From: a virus
Lineage: Duplodnaviria > Caudoviricetes
DNA: 59,645 nt
Strand: one strand, 5' to 3'
Virus record (IMG/VR): IMGVR_UViG_3300032073_003021
Location: 1 to 59,645 of that record
Positions 38,312-48,068 of the stretch are shown piece after piece. Numbering within the stretch: the first letter of the stretch is position 1; every line of letters begins with the position of its first letter. Both the position numbers and the translations under genes were made by a program. The notes beneath the pieces are model-generated. The model made no database searches, was not told the DNA's origin, and saw nothing but the letters and a program-made list of their open reading frames with translations.

Positions 38312-39611
38312 AGACTTAGAATACCTAGAACTTATTAAAACAACACAGGATGCAGTTGGTCCTGGGTTTTGTGTCCTCAAATGGTATCATCAAGAAATGC
38401 ACTTAGCAGAGGGCATGAACCATTCATGTTATCATTGTCCTCAGCATAAAATACCTTTAGGATCTGATTTACATAACACACCTTTCAAAGTAGAACAACG
38501 AGCGAGAATGTTAAATGGTGAAAGGCCAGAAGAATGTTCGTATTGTTGGAGTGCAGAGGATTTAGGTTTAATAAGTGATAGGCAAACATTAGCAGCACAA
38601 TTTTTCCAAGATGCCAAAAATGTGGTAGAAACTGCTGTACGGGCAGGACTAGAATACGTTTATCCGAGATACTTAGAAATATCTTTTACAAATAAATGTC
38701 AAATGTCTTGCAGTTATTGTACTCCTGCTAAGTCTAGTATGTGGCAAAAGGAAATAGATAAGTTTGGAGAATATGATTTAGAACATGGACCTTCTAAAGC
38801 ACAATACAATAGCAGAGATGATATTATTCCTACAGAAAGTAATCCTTATATTACAAAGTTTTGGAAATGGTTCCCACAAGCATACAATCATTTGTTCGTA
38901 TTAAGAGTTACAGGTGGCGAACCGTTATTAGATAAGAACACATATAAACTGCTGGAGTACGTCAAAGAACACCCGAGAGAAAGGTTAGGATTCCACGTTA
39001 ATTCAAACTTAATGGTTACAGAAAAACGTGTGCAGAGGTACATAGATCTAGTCAAAGATAAAAGTAATAATAAGACTTATGTAAGTATAGATAATTGGGG
39101 TAAACGTGCAGAGTGGATTAGAAATGGTTTGGAAATGAGACACTTCGAGAACAATTTACATAAGATATTAGATGCAGGAATGAATGTGGGGCTAATGATT
39201 ACATACTGCTTATTATCTATACCACACTTCGAGGACTTTATAACTAGAATAGCATACTTAAAAAGAAGATATCCAGGACAAGTAACTATTGATACACCAC
39301 ATATGGTACAACCAGAACACCTAACGGCGATGATTGCTGATGATTATACAATAAATAGTATGTTAGGCCAATTAGACTATATGAAGAATTTTATTGGTGG
39401 CGATATGTTTAGTATAGGAGAATATAAAAAGTTTGAACGAACAGTAAATTGGATTGCCAATAATAGATTCACCGGCGAGGAACTTAAACTACACAGAAAA
39501 GACTTTGCTAAATTTGTAACTGAACATGATAAAAGGAGAGGCACTAATTTTTTAGAAGCTTTTCCTGAATTGAGAGATTTTTATGAGAGCGCACGTTCAC
39601 AGGATATTTAA
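38292..39611 (+). CDS. Radical SAM protein with an extra N-terminal Cys cluster
   Basis: CQMSCSYC (CxxxCxxC) and TGGEPLL; additional C..SCYHC..CSYCW. Confidence 0.85.
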   Translation: MERRQNKDLEYLELIKTTQDAVGPGFCVLKWYHQEMHLAEGMNHSCYHCPQHKIPLGSDLHNTPFKVEQRARMLNGERPEECSYCWSAEDLGLISDRQTLAAQFFQDAKNVVETAVRAGLEYVYPRYLEISFTNKCQMSCSYCTPAKSSMWQKEIDKFGEYDLEHGPSKAQYNSRDDIIPTESNPYITKFWKWFPQAYNHLFVLRVTGGEPLLDKNTYKLLEYVKEHPRERLGFHVNSNLMVTEKRVQRYIDLVKDKSNNKTYVSIDNWGKRAEWIRNGLEMRHFENNLHKILDAGMNVGLMITYCLLSIPHFEDFITRIAYLKRRYPGQVTIDTPHMVQPEHLTAMIADDYTINSMLGQLDYMKNFIGGDMFSIGEYKKFERTVNWIANNRFTGEELKLHRKDFAKFVTEHDKRRGTNFLEAFPELRDFYESARSQDI

Positions 39612-40263
39612 TCCAACCTTAGTAGAAATATATGACTTTATGAGTCGAGAAGAATGTGAGGAAATTGTTAGAGATATAAAACAATTTGGTACATTAAAAG
39701 ACGCTGAGGTAGTAGCAAAAAATCCTGAAACAGGATTAGATGATTATTCAACATTATCAGACCACAGAACTAATAGTAATTGTTTTCTTCCATATAAAGA
39801 TAGTCACATGGCTAGAGAGTTTTTAAAGAGAGCAAGTTTGGTTTGTCAACTACATTGGAGTCAGGCAGAAAATATACAAGCAGTTCACTACAATGTCGGA
39901 GAGGAATATAAAGCACATCACGATGCGTTCCCACCTGAAAGTACAAGACTAGAAGGGCCAAGTAAAAACGCATCTGGCAATCGGGTAGCAACTGTTCTAT
40001 TATATCTAAACGATGTAGAAGAAGGTGGCAGCACATCATTTCCAGAATGTAGAAAAACAATTATGCCAGAAATAGGTAAAGCAGTCGTGTTTAGTAATAC
40101 ATATATAGGAACACAGGTTAGAGACCCACAATCATTACATTCAGCAGACCCCGTTATAAAGGGAGAAAAGTGGGCAGTTAATTTATGGTTTAGGAATAGA
40201 GAGGAAACTAACCTAAACTATCAGGAATGGTTAAAAGAAAGACATAAAGAACTTGAAAATTAA
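39583..40263 (+). CDS. 2OG-Fe(II) oxygenase, prolyl 4-hydroxylase-like
   Basis: YKAHHD, RVATVLLYLNDVEEGGSTSF, LHSADPVIKGEKW motifs. Confidence 0.9.
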   Translation: MRAHVHRIFNPTLVEIYDFMSREECEEIVRDIKQFGTLKDAEVVAKNPETGLDDYSTLSDHRTNSNCFLPYKDSHMAREFLKRASLVCQLHWSQAENIQAVHYNVGEEYKAHHDAFPPESTRLEGPSKNASGNRVATVLLYLNDVEEGGSTSFPECRKTIMPEIGKAVVFSNTYIGTQVRDPQSLHSADPVIKGEKWAVNLWFRNREETNLNYQEWLKERHKELEN

Positions 40264-40285
40264 GGAAAAAGTATTATATATAGTA

Positions 40286-40344
40286 TATAGGTGCCGAGAA
40301 TGGGCCTATAATAAATCTTTGCTAAATTATAGGAGGAATATATG
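40286..40344 (+). promoter_or_regulatory. Putative ROSE-like RNA thermometer in the hsp20 5'UTR
   Basis: 5' hairpin TATAGG..CCTATA, then CTTTGCT pairing with the AGGAGG SD and leaving a bulged G. Confidence 0.6.
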
Positions 40345-40755
40345 ACAATTTACGAAGAAACTTTTGGACGTTTTAGTCCGTTCACAGTTGGATTTGATAG
40401 ACTATTTCAACAACTACAAGCACAGTCTGTTACTAACCAACAAAACTATCCACCCTACAACATTGTAAAATTAGATGACGAACATTTCGTTATTGAACTT
40501 GCTGTTGCTGGGTTTGATAAAAAAGATGTTACCATTCAAATAGAAAAGAATGTTTTATCTATTGAAGGTAGCAATGAAGATTCTGAGAAGGAGTTCGTAC
40601 ATAAAGGACTTGCTTCTAGATCTTTTCAAAGACATTTTACATTAGCAGAAGATGTAGAAGTCAAAAGTGGCAAACTGGAAAATGGTATTTTAAAGGTAGA
40701 GCTTGAAAGAGTTATTCCTGAGGAAGACAAACCAGTTAAAATTAAAATTACATAA
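40342..40755 (+). CDS. Small heat-shock protein Hsp20 (IbpA-like)
   Basis: GFDRLF, NYPPYNI, ELAVAGF, HKGLASRSF, LENGIL motifs. Confidence 0.95.
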   Translation: MTIYEETFGRFSPFTVGFDRLFQQLQAQSVTNQQNYPPYNIVKLDDEHFVIELAVAGFDKKDVTIQIEKNVLSIEGSNEDSEKEFVHKGLASRSFQRHFTLAEDVEVKSGKLENGILKVELERVIPEEDKPVKIKIT

Positions 40756-40779
40756 TTAATAAAAGCGAGAGGAGCAACA

Positions 40780-41139
40780 ATGTCAAACATTAGAATTATA
40801 AAACTTACTTCTGGAGAGGACATCATTGGTGATGTTAAAGAACAGGAAATTGATGGTAATAATATGATTGTAATTGAAAAGCCAGCAGTTATATTAATGA
40901 TGCCTAAAACAGATGGTCAAGGTGAAGAAGAATTCGGTGTTGGACTAGCTCCTTACGCCCCTTTTGCAAAAGGATATGCAGTTCCTATTTTTGCCAATCA
41001 TGTGGTATCATTATATGAACCTGAAATTCAATTACTAAATGCTTACAATCAACGATTTGGATCTGGATTAGTTCAACCTGACTTTATAAATAAAAAGGTA
41101 TTAAAAGAAGTAAAAGAAGGAAAATTAATTAAAACATAA
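40780..41139 (+). CDS. Conserved T4-like hypothetical protein (Sm-like)
   Basis: IIKLTSGEDIIG and YNQRFGSG patterns; follows hsp20. Confidence 0.65.
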   Translation: MSNIRIIKLTSGEDIIGDVKEQEIDGNNMIVIEKPAVILMMPKTDGQGEEEFGVGLAPYAPFAKGYAVPIFANHVVSLYEPEIQLLNAYNQRFGSGLVQPDFINKKVLKEVKEGKLIKT

Positions 41140-41567
41140 TGTACGAATATAGATGTAAAATTGTAAAGGTAGTAGATGGAGACACAGTAGATGTGGATAT
41201 CGACTTGGGTTTCGGTGTATGGCTCAAAAAGCAGAGAGTTAGATTATACGGGATCGACACACCGGAAAGTAGAACCCGTGATCTCGTCGAGAAAAAGTTC
41301 GGACTCATGGCGAAGGAATACCTCAAAGAATTGCTTGGAGATGGAGCTATACTCAAAACGAGGCTCGATGGAAAAGGAAAATATGGTAGGATCCTCGGTG
41401 AGTTTTTAGTGAATCCTTGGGACGAGACCAAACAGGTGACGCCCGCGCTCACTTATAGCGTTAATGATTTATTGGTAGAAAATCATCATGCTGTTCCCTA
41501 TTTTGGGAAATCCAAAGAAGAAATCGCAGACTTACATATAAGAAATCGAACCTTTTTCGACAAATAA
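41139..41567 (+). CDS. Thermonuclease (SNase-like)
   Basis: VVDGDTVDV, RVRLYGIDTPESR, GKYGRILG motifs. Confidence 0.88.
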   Translation: MYEYRCKIVKVVDGDTVDVDIDLGFGVWLKKQRVRLYGIDTPESRTRDLVEKKFGLMAKEYLKELLGDGAILKTRLDGKGKYGRILGEFLVNPWDETKQVTPALTYSVNDLLVENHHAVPYFGKSKEEIADLHIRNRTFFDK

Positions 41568-41570
41568 TAC

Positions 41571-41599
41571 TTGACTTTAGGTTCGTAAGATCCTATAAT
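41571..41599 (+). promoter_or_regulatory. Sigma70-like promoter (class B) before gp43
   Basis: TTGACT-N17-TATAAT with GATCC before the -10. Confidence 0.8.
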
Positions 41600-41627
41600 G
41601 TATAATAATTAGAATGGTGTTTATATT

Positions 41628-44123
41628 ATGAACTTTTATACTTACGCACGTCATTACGGTGACAAAGTCCTCGTTCGAGGCATTAAAGATGGTAAGCGTT
41701 TTGTTTCAAGACAAGACTTCAGGCCAACCCTATTTGTTAAATCTAACAAACCTTCAGAATACAAATCCATTTATGGTGAGAACTTAGCACCTATACAATT
41801 CGACGGCAACAAAGCCGCTAATGAATTCTTTGATAACTACAAAGACGTATCTAATTATCCTATATACGGACAAAACTATTATGCGTATCAATACATAACA
41901 GAAAAATATCCTGGTGTTGTTGATTGGGACAAAAAACATATTTCAATATGGTCTATGGATATAGAAACAACAGCAGACGGAGGGTTTCCTAATGTAGATA
42001 ATCCTACTGAACAGCTCTTAGTTATTACAATGCAGGATAATCTCAGTAAAAAGATAAAAACATTTGGTTTACATAGTTGGACACCAGGTGAAGAAACAAA
42101 AGACTTAGATGTTGATTACGTTCATTGTAAAGATGAATATACTCTATTGAAAACATTCTTAGAGTGGTGGCAGGATAATTGTCCCGATGTTATTACAGGT
42201 TGGAACTCAGCATTGTTTGATATTCCTTACTTGTTGGCTAGAACAGAACGTATATTAGGAGAAGGCGAACATAAAAAGTTTTCTCCCTTTGGACTTGTAA
42301 ACAAGCGTCCTATTAGATTCCAAACTAGGGAGATGACAGCATTTGAAATTACAGGTGTTGCACAATTAGATTACCTAGACTTATATAAGAAGTTTACTTA
42401 TGTTACTCGTGAATCCTACAAACTAGATTTTATTGCTGAAACAGAACTTGGTGAGAAAAAACTTGAATCGGGTTACGAAACATTCAAGGAGTTTTATGAT
42501 AATGACTGGAATAGATTTGTAGATTATAATATCATTGATACAGTTCTTATTGATAAACTTGAGGATAAAATGAAACTTATTGAACTTGCACTTACAATGG
42601 CATATGACGCCAAGTGTAATTACAATGATGTTTATTCAGCAGTTAGAACTTGGGATAGTATCCTTTATAATCACCTGTGGGAGAAAAACATTGTTCTTCA
42701 TCAAGGTGGTGGACGTAAGGAACGACAAATAGAAGGTGCCTTTGTACAAGAGCCCGTGCCAGGTGGTTATGATTGGGTATCATCATTCGATGCTACAAGT
42801 CTATATCCTAGTATTATTATGCAATACAATATGAGTCCTGAGACTATTGTTCCTGGATTTAAATATGATGTAAGTGTAGATGACTTATTAGATAGATATA
42901 AACTAGATAAACTTAAAGAGAAAAACTATGCCATGGCAGCTAATGGTGTATGTTTCTCCCGTGAGAAAAAAGGTTTATTTCCTGAGATAGTACAAAAGTT
43001 CTTTGATGACAGATTAAGATACAAAAAACTTATGCAGGATGCACAGCGTAAATATCAAGAAACAGGTGCCAAGGCATATCAGAATGAGGTTAGTAAGTAT
43101 AATAATTTCCAGATGGCTCGTAAGATTCAATTAAACAGTTTATATGGTGCGTTGGCTAATCAATACTTTAGGTTTTATGATGATAGAATTGCTGAAGGTA
43201 TTACTATGTCAGGACAATTAATTATCCGTGATACTGCTAAAGCTCTTGATGTGTTTATGAATAAAGTATGTGGCACAGAGGATAAAGTTTATTCGTTCTA
43301 TTCTGATACAGATTCTTGTTATGTAACATTACAAGATATGGTTACAAACTTCTTTGCAGACAAACCTAAAGACAAGGTACTTGACTTGTTAGATAGAATT
43401 GGTACAGATAAAATAGAACCTGCTATCGATAATGCGATGGTTAAGTTGGCAAACTATACAAATGCCTTTGAGAAAAAGATAGATTTCAAGCGTGAGGTAA
43501 TTGCAGATAAAGGTATATGGGTTGCTAAAAAACGTTATGCACTTAATGTATTAGATGACGAAGGATTACGTCTTACAAAACCTAAACTAAAAATTATGGG
43601 ACTAGAAATTGTTAGAAGTTCTACTCCAATGGTTGTCAGAGACGCTTTGAGAGAGGCAGTTCGTTTAGTTCTTACAAGTGATGAGAAAACATTACAAGAA
43701 TATATTGAAAATGTTAAAGACAATTTCAACAAACAATCTCCTGAGGAAGTAGCATTCCCTCGAGGTTGTAACAATCTTAAAAAATATGAGACAAGTAATG
43801 GGATATATGCGAAGGGTACTCCTATTCATGTCCGTGGTGCTTTACTTTACAATTCACAGTTGGCTAAAAATAAACTTGGTTACAAATATGAAAAGGTACA
43901 AGATGGTGATAAAATTAAATTCTTGTATCTCAAAGAGCCTAATTCAATAGGAGAAAATACAATTGCTTTCGTAACAAAATTGCCTGATGAGTTTGCTCTA
44001 AAACAATATGTGGATTATGAAACAATATTTACTAAGGCATTTTTAGATCCTTTATCTAACATTGTACAACCTTTAGGTTGGAATACAGAAGAACAGGCAA
44101 GTTTAGAGGACTTATTTTCATAA
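41628..44123 (+). CDS. gp43: DNA polymerase gp43 (family B)
   Basis: DIET exonuclease motif, FDATSLYPSII, KIQLNSLYG, YSDTDS, KKRYA. Confidence 0.98.
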   Translation: MNFYTYARHYGDKVLVRGIKDGKRFVSRQDFRPTLFVKSNKPSEYKSIYGENLAPIQFDGNKAANEFFDNYKDVSNYPIYGQNYYAYQYITEKYPGVVDWDKKHISIWSMDIETTADGGFPNVDNPTEQLLVITMQDNLSKKIKTFGLHSWTPGEETKDLDVDYVHCKDEYTLLKTFLEWWQDNCPDVITGWNSALFDIPYLLARTERILGEGEHKKFSPFGLVNKRPIRFQTREMTAFEITGVAQLDYLDLYKKFTYVTRESYKLDFIAETELGEKKLESGYETFKEFYDNDWNRFVDYNIIDTVLIDKLEDKMKLIELALTMAYDAKCNYNDVYSAVRTWDSILYNHLWEKNIVLHQGGGRKERQIEGAFVQEPVPGGYDWVSSFDATSLYPSIIMQYNMSPETIVPGFKYDVSVDDLLDRYKLDKLKEKNYAMAANGVCFSREKKGLFPEIVQKFFDDRLRYKKLMQDAQRKYQETGAKAYQNEVSKYNNFQMARKIQLNSLYGALANQYFRFYDDRIAEGITMSGQLIIRDTAKALDVFMNKVCGTEDKVYSFYSDTDSCYVTLQDMVTNFFADKPKDKVLDLLDRIGTDKIEPAIDNAMVKLANYTNAFEKKIDFKREVIADKGIWVAKKRYALNVLDDEGLRLTKPKLKIMGLEIVRSSTPMVVRDALREAVRLVLTSDEKTLQEYIENVKDNFNKQSPEEVAFPRGCNNLKKYETSNGIYAKGTPIHVRGALLYNSQLAKNKLGYKYEKVQDGDKIKFLYLKEPNSIGENTIAFVTKLPDEFALKQYVDYETIFTKAFLDPLSNIVQPLGWNTEEQASLEDLFS

Positions 44124-44992
44124 TGGCTAATGTTATTACTCCAGGTTTTACAACATTAATTACAGGAGGTTGCTCCTTTACTGAAGACGCAGTGCAAGGT
44201 AACTCTTGGCCAAGTCATGTTGCAAATAACTTTGCTTTAAACTTAAAAAACACAGCAGTATCAGGAATAGGAAATAGAAATATAGCAAGACGTGTAATAC
44301 ATATGGTAGAAAAAGAACTACAGGAACCTGGCATAAAGAATAGGAATATCCTTGTAGGAATATGTTGGTCAACATCTGCTAGAACTGAATATTTTAAAAG
44401 AGATATTCCTAGCGAACAATTAGGATTCAGGCATTGGACAAAATTTGTTTATGAAGCAGTAGGTGATTGGGTATCAATAAATCATAATTGGTTACAGAAA
44501 GGTGCTAAGGATTCTGAAATATATTATAAATGGTTTCACGACGCACTTGGAGGAGTAATCAACACATTAGAATCAATAATGTGGGTACAAAATTATTTGA
44601 ATACAAAAGGCATTGATTATTTTATGACTTCAATGAGCCCATCAACTTTTGGAAATGCAGGACAAAATTGGCTAGGAACTGATGGTTTCTTTGATATTGA
44701 CTTTACTAAAGGTGATGGAAATATTAGTTGGTTGTTCAATGCTATTAAATCACAAGAACATAGATGGCTACCAGTAGACAGTTATTGGGATTGGATGTTT
44801 GAACAAAATAATCAGGACCTATTTAAAGAGGATGAATACAATCCTGCTATATGGAATAAGTTAATTGAGTATATAGACCATACAGGTAAAACAAAACAGA
44901 ATTATCCTGGTTGGCATCCTAGTCCAAAAGGACATAGAATATTTACACAAGATATTATTATACCGTACTTAGAGGAGAAATATAAATGGTAG
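44123..44992 (+). CDS. Hypothetical protein, SGNH-hydrolase-like
   Basis: GGCSFT, SWP, AVSGIGN..I.R and HPSPKGH motifs. Confidence 0.6.
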   Translation: MANVITPGFTTLITGGCSFTEDAVQGNSWPSHVANNFALNLKNTAVSGIGNRNIARRVIHMVEKELQEPGIKNRNILVGICWSTSARTEYFKRDIPSEQLGFRHWTKFVYEAVGDWVSINHNWLQKGAKDSEIYYKWFHDALGGVINTLESIMWVQNYLNTKGIDYFMTSMSPSTFGNAGQNWLGTDGFFDIDFTKGDGNISWLFNAIKSQEHRWLPVDSYWDWMFEQNNQDLFKEDEYNPAIWNKLIEYIDHTGKTKQNYPGWHPSPKGHRIFTQDIIIPYLEEKYKW

Positions 44993-45141
44993 GCAAAGAC
45001 GAAAGAGATAGTCATTTTAAAATTAGTATGATTAAGAGTGGCGTAAGAATTGGCGCTTGTATCTGGGGACTATGGATGATAGAAGTTATGTTAGTAGGAT
45101 TTTTATTAGCAGAAATATTAGGAATTTACGAGGAGTTATAA
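44986..45141 (+). CDS. Small membrane protein (51 aa, not in the ORF track)
   Basis: GAGGAG SD; HFKISMIKSGVRIGAC...LAEILGIYEEL. Confidence 0.65.
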   Translation: MVGKDERDSHFKISMIKSGVRIGACIWGLWMIEVMLVGFLLAEILGIYEEL

Positions 45142-45324
45142 ATGGGAACGAATGCTTGGAGAAAGAAAGGCATAAATGCTAGAAGGGAGGGTGCTTTAGA
45201 AAGACTTAGGGCATCTAAATTTACACCTAAAATTGTTAAGGGAAAAGAACGCAATGAAGAGAACTGGACAAAGAAGAAGGAAGAACAAATCGCGACACTT
45301 GAATCCAGAATTAGAGGCGCATAA
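45142..45324 (+). CDS. Small basic hypothetical protein
   Basis: GAGGAG SD; RREGALERL pattern. Confidence 0.6.
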   Translation: MGTNAWRKKGINARREGALERLRASKFTPKIVKGKERNEENWTKKKEEQIATLESRIRGA

Positions 45325-45392
45325 GGTTAAGTTTCAAGAGAAACGAATCAAGGATCAAGAAAAAGAGATTGAAGAACAATGGAAACGAATAC

Positions 45393-45833
45393 ATGAAACT
45401 ATTGATATGTGGACTTCCGGGTAGTGGTAAAACTACACTAGCTAGAGAACTGGCATATTACTTTTGCGTACCACATTTTAACGCAGATACTATTCGAGAA
45501 CATTTTAATGATTGGGACTTTACAGAAGAAGGAAGAGAAAGACAAGCATGGCGCTTTGCAAATGATTATCCATTTGGAATCTTCGACTTTGTTTGTCCTT
45601 TAAAAAAGTACCGCAGTATTGTACACCCAGATTACGTCATATGGATGGATACAATAAAAGAAGGAAGGTTTGAAGACACAAATAAAATCTTTGAGCCGTT
45701 AGAGGAATATGACATACGAGTAGATAAATGGATAAACATAAACCAACTACGCAAATGCTTGGAAGATTCCAACCCTGGCATGCAGGGCATACAGAACTTT
45801 TTAAGCGAGCAATTTCCAAGACTGGTCAAGTAA
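45393..45833 (+). CDS. P-loop kinase, adenylylsulfate-kinase-like
   Basis: GLPGSGKTT, NAD.IR, DWDF.EEGR.RQ and DFVCP motifs. Confidence 0.8.
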   Translation: MKLLICGLPGSGKTTLARELAYYFCVPHFNADTIREHFNDWDFTEEGRERQAWRFANDYPFGIFDFVCPLKKYRSIVHPDYVIWMDTIKEGRFEDTNKIFEPLEEYDIRVDKWININQLRKCLEDSNPGMQGIQNFLSEQFPRLVK

Positions 45834-46090
45834 TAATACTTCTAAGGGACATGGAAATAAATGAAGATAATCCTTACAGTGCTGTTCAAAGGACAGAACT
45901 AATTAAGGTTGAACTAGAAAATGAAGGGTATGAATATGGAGAACAATACGAAATCATGGTAGTACCTAACATTACGCATATAACTTATGGAAGAGACGTA
46001 GGTTATAAAATTGAACAAGAACATTTAGATGCTGATATAGAAAATATCTCAGCAACTAAAATTAGAAAACAGGGGTGGCTTAACAGGTGA
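45728..46090 (+). CDS. HxGH nucleotidyltransferase (cytidylyltransferase-like)
   Basis: GRFQPWHAGH, YGRDVGY and ISATKIR motifs. Confidence 0.82.
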   Translation: MDKHKPTTQMLGRFQPWHAGHTELFKRAISKTGQVIILLRDMEINEDNPYSAVQRTELIKVELENEGYEYGEQYEIMVVPNITHITYGRDVGYKIEQEHLDADIENISATKIRKQGWLNR

Positions 46091-46863
46091 AAGTAGCAAT
46101 AATTGGTTACGGTTTTGTAGGTAAAGCAACGCATAGATTGTTAAGTAAAACTCCTACATTTGAAGTTTTAATTCAAGACCCTGCTTTGGGTCATGAAATT
46201 AAAAATTGGTCAGGTGTTGAGTATGCTTTTATTTGTGTACCAACAAATCAAAAAACAGGTATACATAATGACGGTAAGTTAGACGTGTCGATAGTACACA
46301 CCATTCTAAAAACTCTACCGGAACACGTCCAACCTGTCATTAGAAGCACACTCGGCCCTGACCAAACCCTTTTTATTGTGGAACAATTTTATCCTTGTCC
46401 TATTATTATGCCAGAGTTTTTACGAGAAAACCATTGGAAGGCAGATGTGGACAACGATAGTATAGATATTATAATAGGAAGTTACAATACAGATCCTAGA
46501 GGTTTAGTATACGCATTAAGGTCTTTAAATAGGAACATAAAAATTACAAATCCTGTTACAGCATCAATGATTAAGATGGGAAGAAATGCTGCACTGGCAA
46601 TGAAAGTTGCACTGGCAAATGATTTTTATGATATATGTAAAAATAACGGTGCTGACTTTGATGTCTTTGTAGAACATCTAAAGGAAGATCCAAACTTAGG
46701 GGGTACGCATTGGGACGTACCAGGACATGATAATAAAAGAGGTTTTGGTGGAACTTGTTTACCAAAGGACTTGACACACACTTCAACTTTATGTTATCAT
46801 ACAAACAATATTATGGAAACGGCTGTAATGGCCAACAAAGAAAGAAGGAGTGATTATGAGTAA
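46087..46863 (+). CDS. UDP-glucose/GDP-mannose dehydrogenase-like protein (short)
   Basis: IGYGFVG, FICVPT, IRST, PEFLRE and GFGGTCLPKD motifs. Confidence 0.85.
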   Translation: MKVAIIGYGFVGKATHRLLSKTPTFEVLIQDPALGHEIKNWSGVEYAFICVPTNQKTGIHNDGKLDVSIVHTILKTLPEHVQPVIRSTLGPDQTLFIVEQFYPCPIIMPEFLRENHWKADVDNDSIDIIIGSYNTDPRGLVYALRSLNRNIKITNPVTASMIKMGRNAALAMKVALANDFYDICKNNGADFDVFVEHLKEDPNLGGTHWDVPGHDNKRGFGGTCLPKDLTHTSTLCYHTNNIMETAVMANKERRSDYE

Positions 46864-47932
46864 TTTAGTTGATAGATTACAGAAAAACAGCACAATTAGA
46901 GAGACTGCTGTTTTATCTGATTCTAAATTTTTTAATGATAAGGACTTGATACAAACATCTGTTCCAGCAGTTAATGTAGCATTGAGTGGAAAACTTGATG
47001 GAGGATTAACGCCAGGACTTACAGTATTTGCAGGCCCTAGTAAACATTTTAAAACAGCATTTGGTATGTTGTTAGCAAAAAGTTTTTTAGACAAGTATGA
47101 AGACGGAGTAATACTATTTTATGATAGTGAGTTTGGTGCTCCACAATCCTACTTTGAAACTTTTAAAATTGATACAAACAGAGTAGTTCATGTTCCTATT
47201 GCAGACATTGAACAACTTAAACATGATGTCATGGCACAGTTGAATCAATTAGAACGTGAAGACAATGTTATGATTGTTGTTGATTCCGTAGGAAACTTAG
47301 CGAGTAAGAAAGAAGTAGAAGATGCCTTAGAAGGTAAAAGTGTAGCAGACATGACAAGGGCTAAACAAATGAAGTCCTTATTCAGAATGATTACACCTCA
47401 CTTAACAATTAAAGACATTCCTGCTATTGTTATTAATCACACATACAAAGAAATAGGATTGTTTCCTAAAGATGTTGTATCAGGTGGTACAGGAATTTAT
47501 TACTCAGCAGATAATATTTTTATTATTGGTAGGAGACAACAAAAAACAGGAACAGAAGTTACAGGTTATGAATTTGTAATTAATGTTGAGAAGTCTAGAT
47601 TTGTTAGAGAGAAGTCTAAAATTCCTGTTGAAGTAACATGGGAATCTGGTATTAGTAAGTGGTCAGGATTATTGGATATGGCATTAGAATCTGGTCACGT
47701 TATTAAACCTAGTAATGGTTGGTATCAGAAAAGTAATCCCGAAACAGGAGAGGTACTTCCTGAGGCAAAAATAAGACAAAAAGATACATATAAGAAAGAG
47801 TTCTGGCTCCCTATATTAAAAGATCCTACATTTACTAAGTGGGTACAGGAAAAGTACACAATGGGTGGTATTGAAATCATGGGAGAAGAAGTATCAGATG
47901 AAGATGTGGAAGCAGAATACGACAAAGTGTGA
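46856..47932 (+). CDS. uvsX: RecA-like recombinase UvsX
   Basis: AGPSKHFKT, FYDSEFG, DSVGNLASKKE, SGGTG motifs. Confidence 0.96.
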   Translation: MSNLVDRLQKNSTIRETAVLSDSKFFNDKDLIQTSVPAVNVALSGKLDGGLTPGLTVFAGPSKHFKTAFGMLLAKSFLDKYEDGVILFYDSEFGAPQSYFETFKIDTNRVVHVPIADIEQLKHDVMAQLNQLEREDNVMIVVDSVGNLASKKEVEDALEGKSVADMTRAKQMKSLFRMITPHLTIKDIPAIVINHTYKEIGLFPKDVVSGGTGIYYSADNIFIIGRRQQKTGTEVTGYEFVINVEKSRFVREKSKIPVEVTWESGISKWSGLLDMALESGHVIKPSNGWYQKSNPETGEVLPEAKIRQKDTYKKEFWLPILKDPTFTKWVQEKYTMGGIEIMGEEVSDEDVEAEYDKV

Positions 47933-48068
47933 TAGGTGTAATAAAGGCATCAATCTTAAAAAAGACAAAGCGTATTGTTTCCATAATGATAACAATGAAC
48001 TTTATATCTGTGAGAAATGTGTGAAAGAAGTATATAAGGATTTTATAGAGAATGACACAGAGAGTTGA
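47898..48068 (+). CDS. Small zinc-finger hypothetical protein
   Basis: CDRC...CEKC. Confidence 0.55.
   Translation: MKMWKQNTTKCDRCNKGINLKKDKAYCFHNDNNELYICEKCVKEVYKDFIENDTES

Noticed and set aside
45233-45424. 63-aa ORF bridging two genes
   Set aside because: It overlaps both neighbours and has only TTG starts; a shorter version may be real but cannot be supported.
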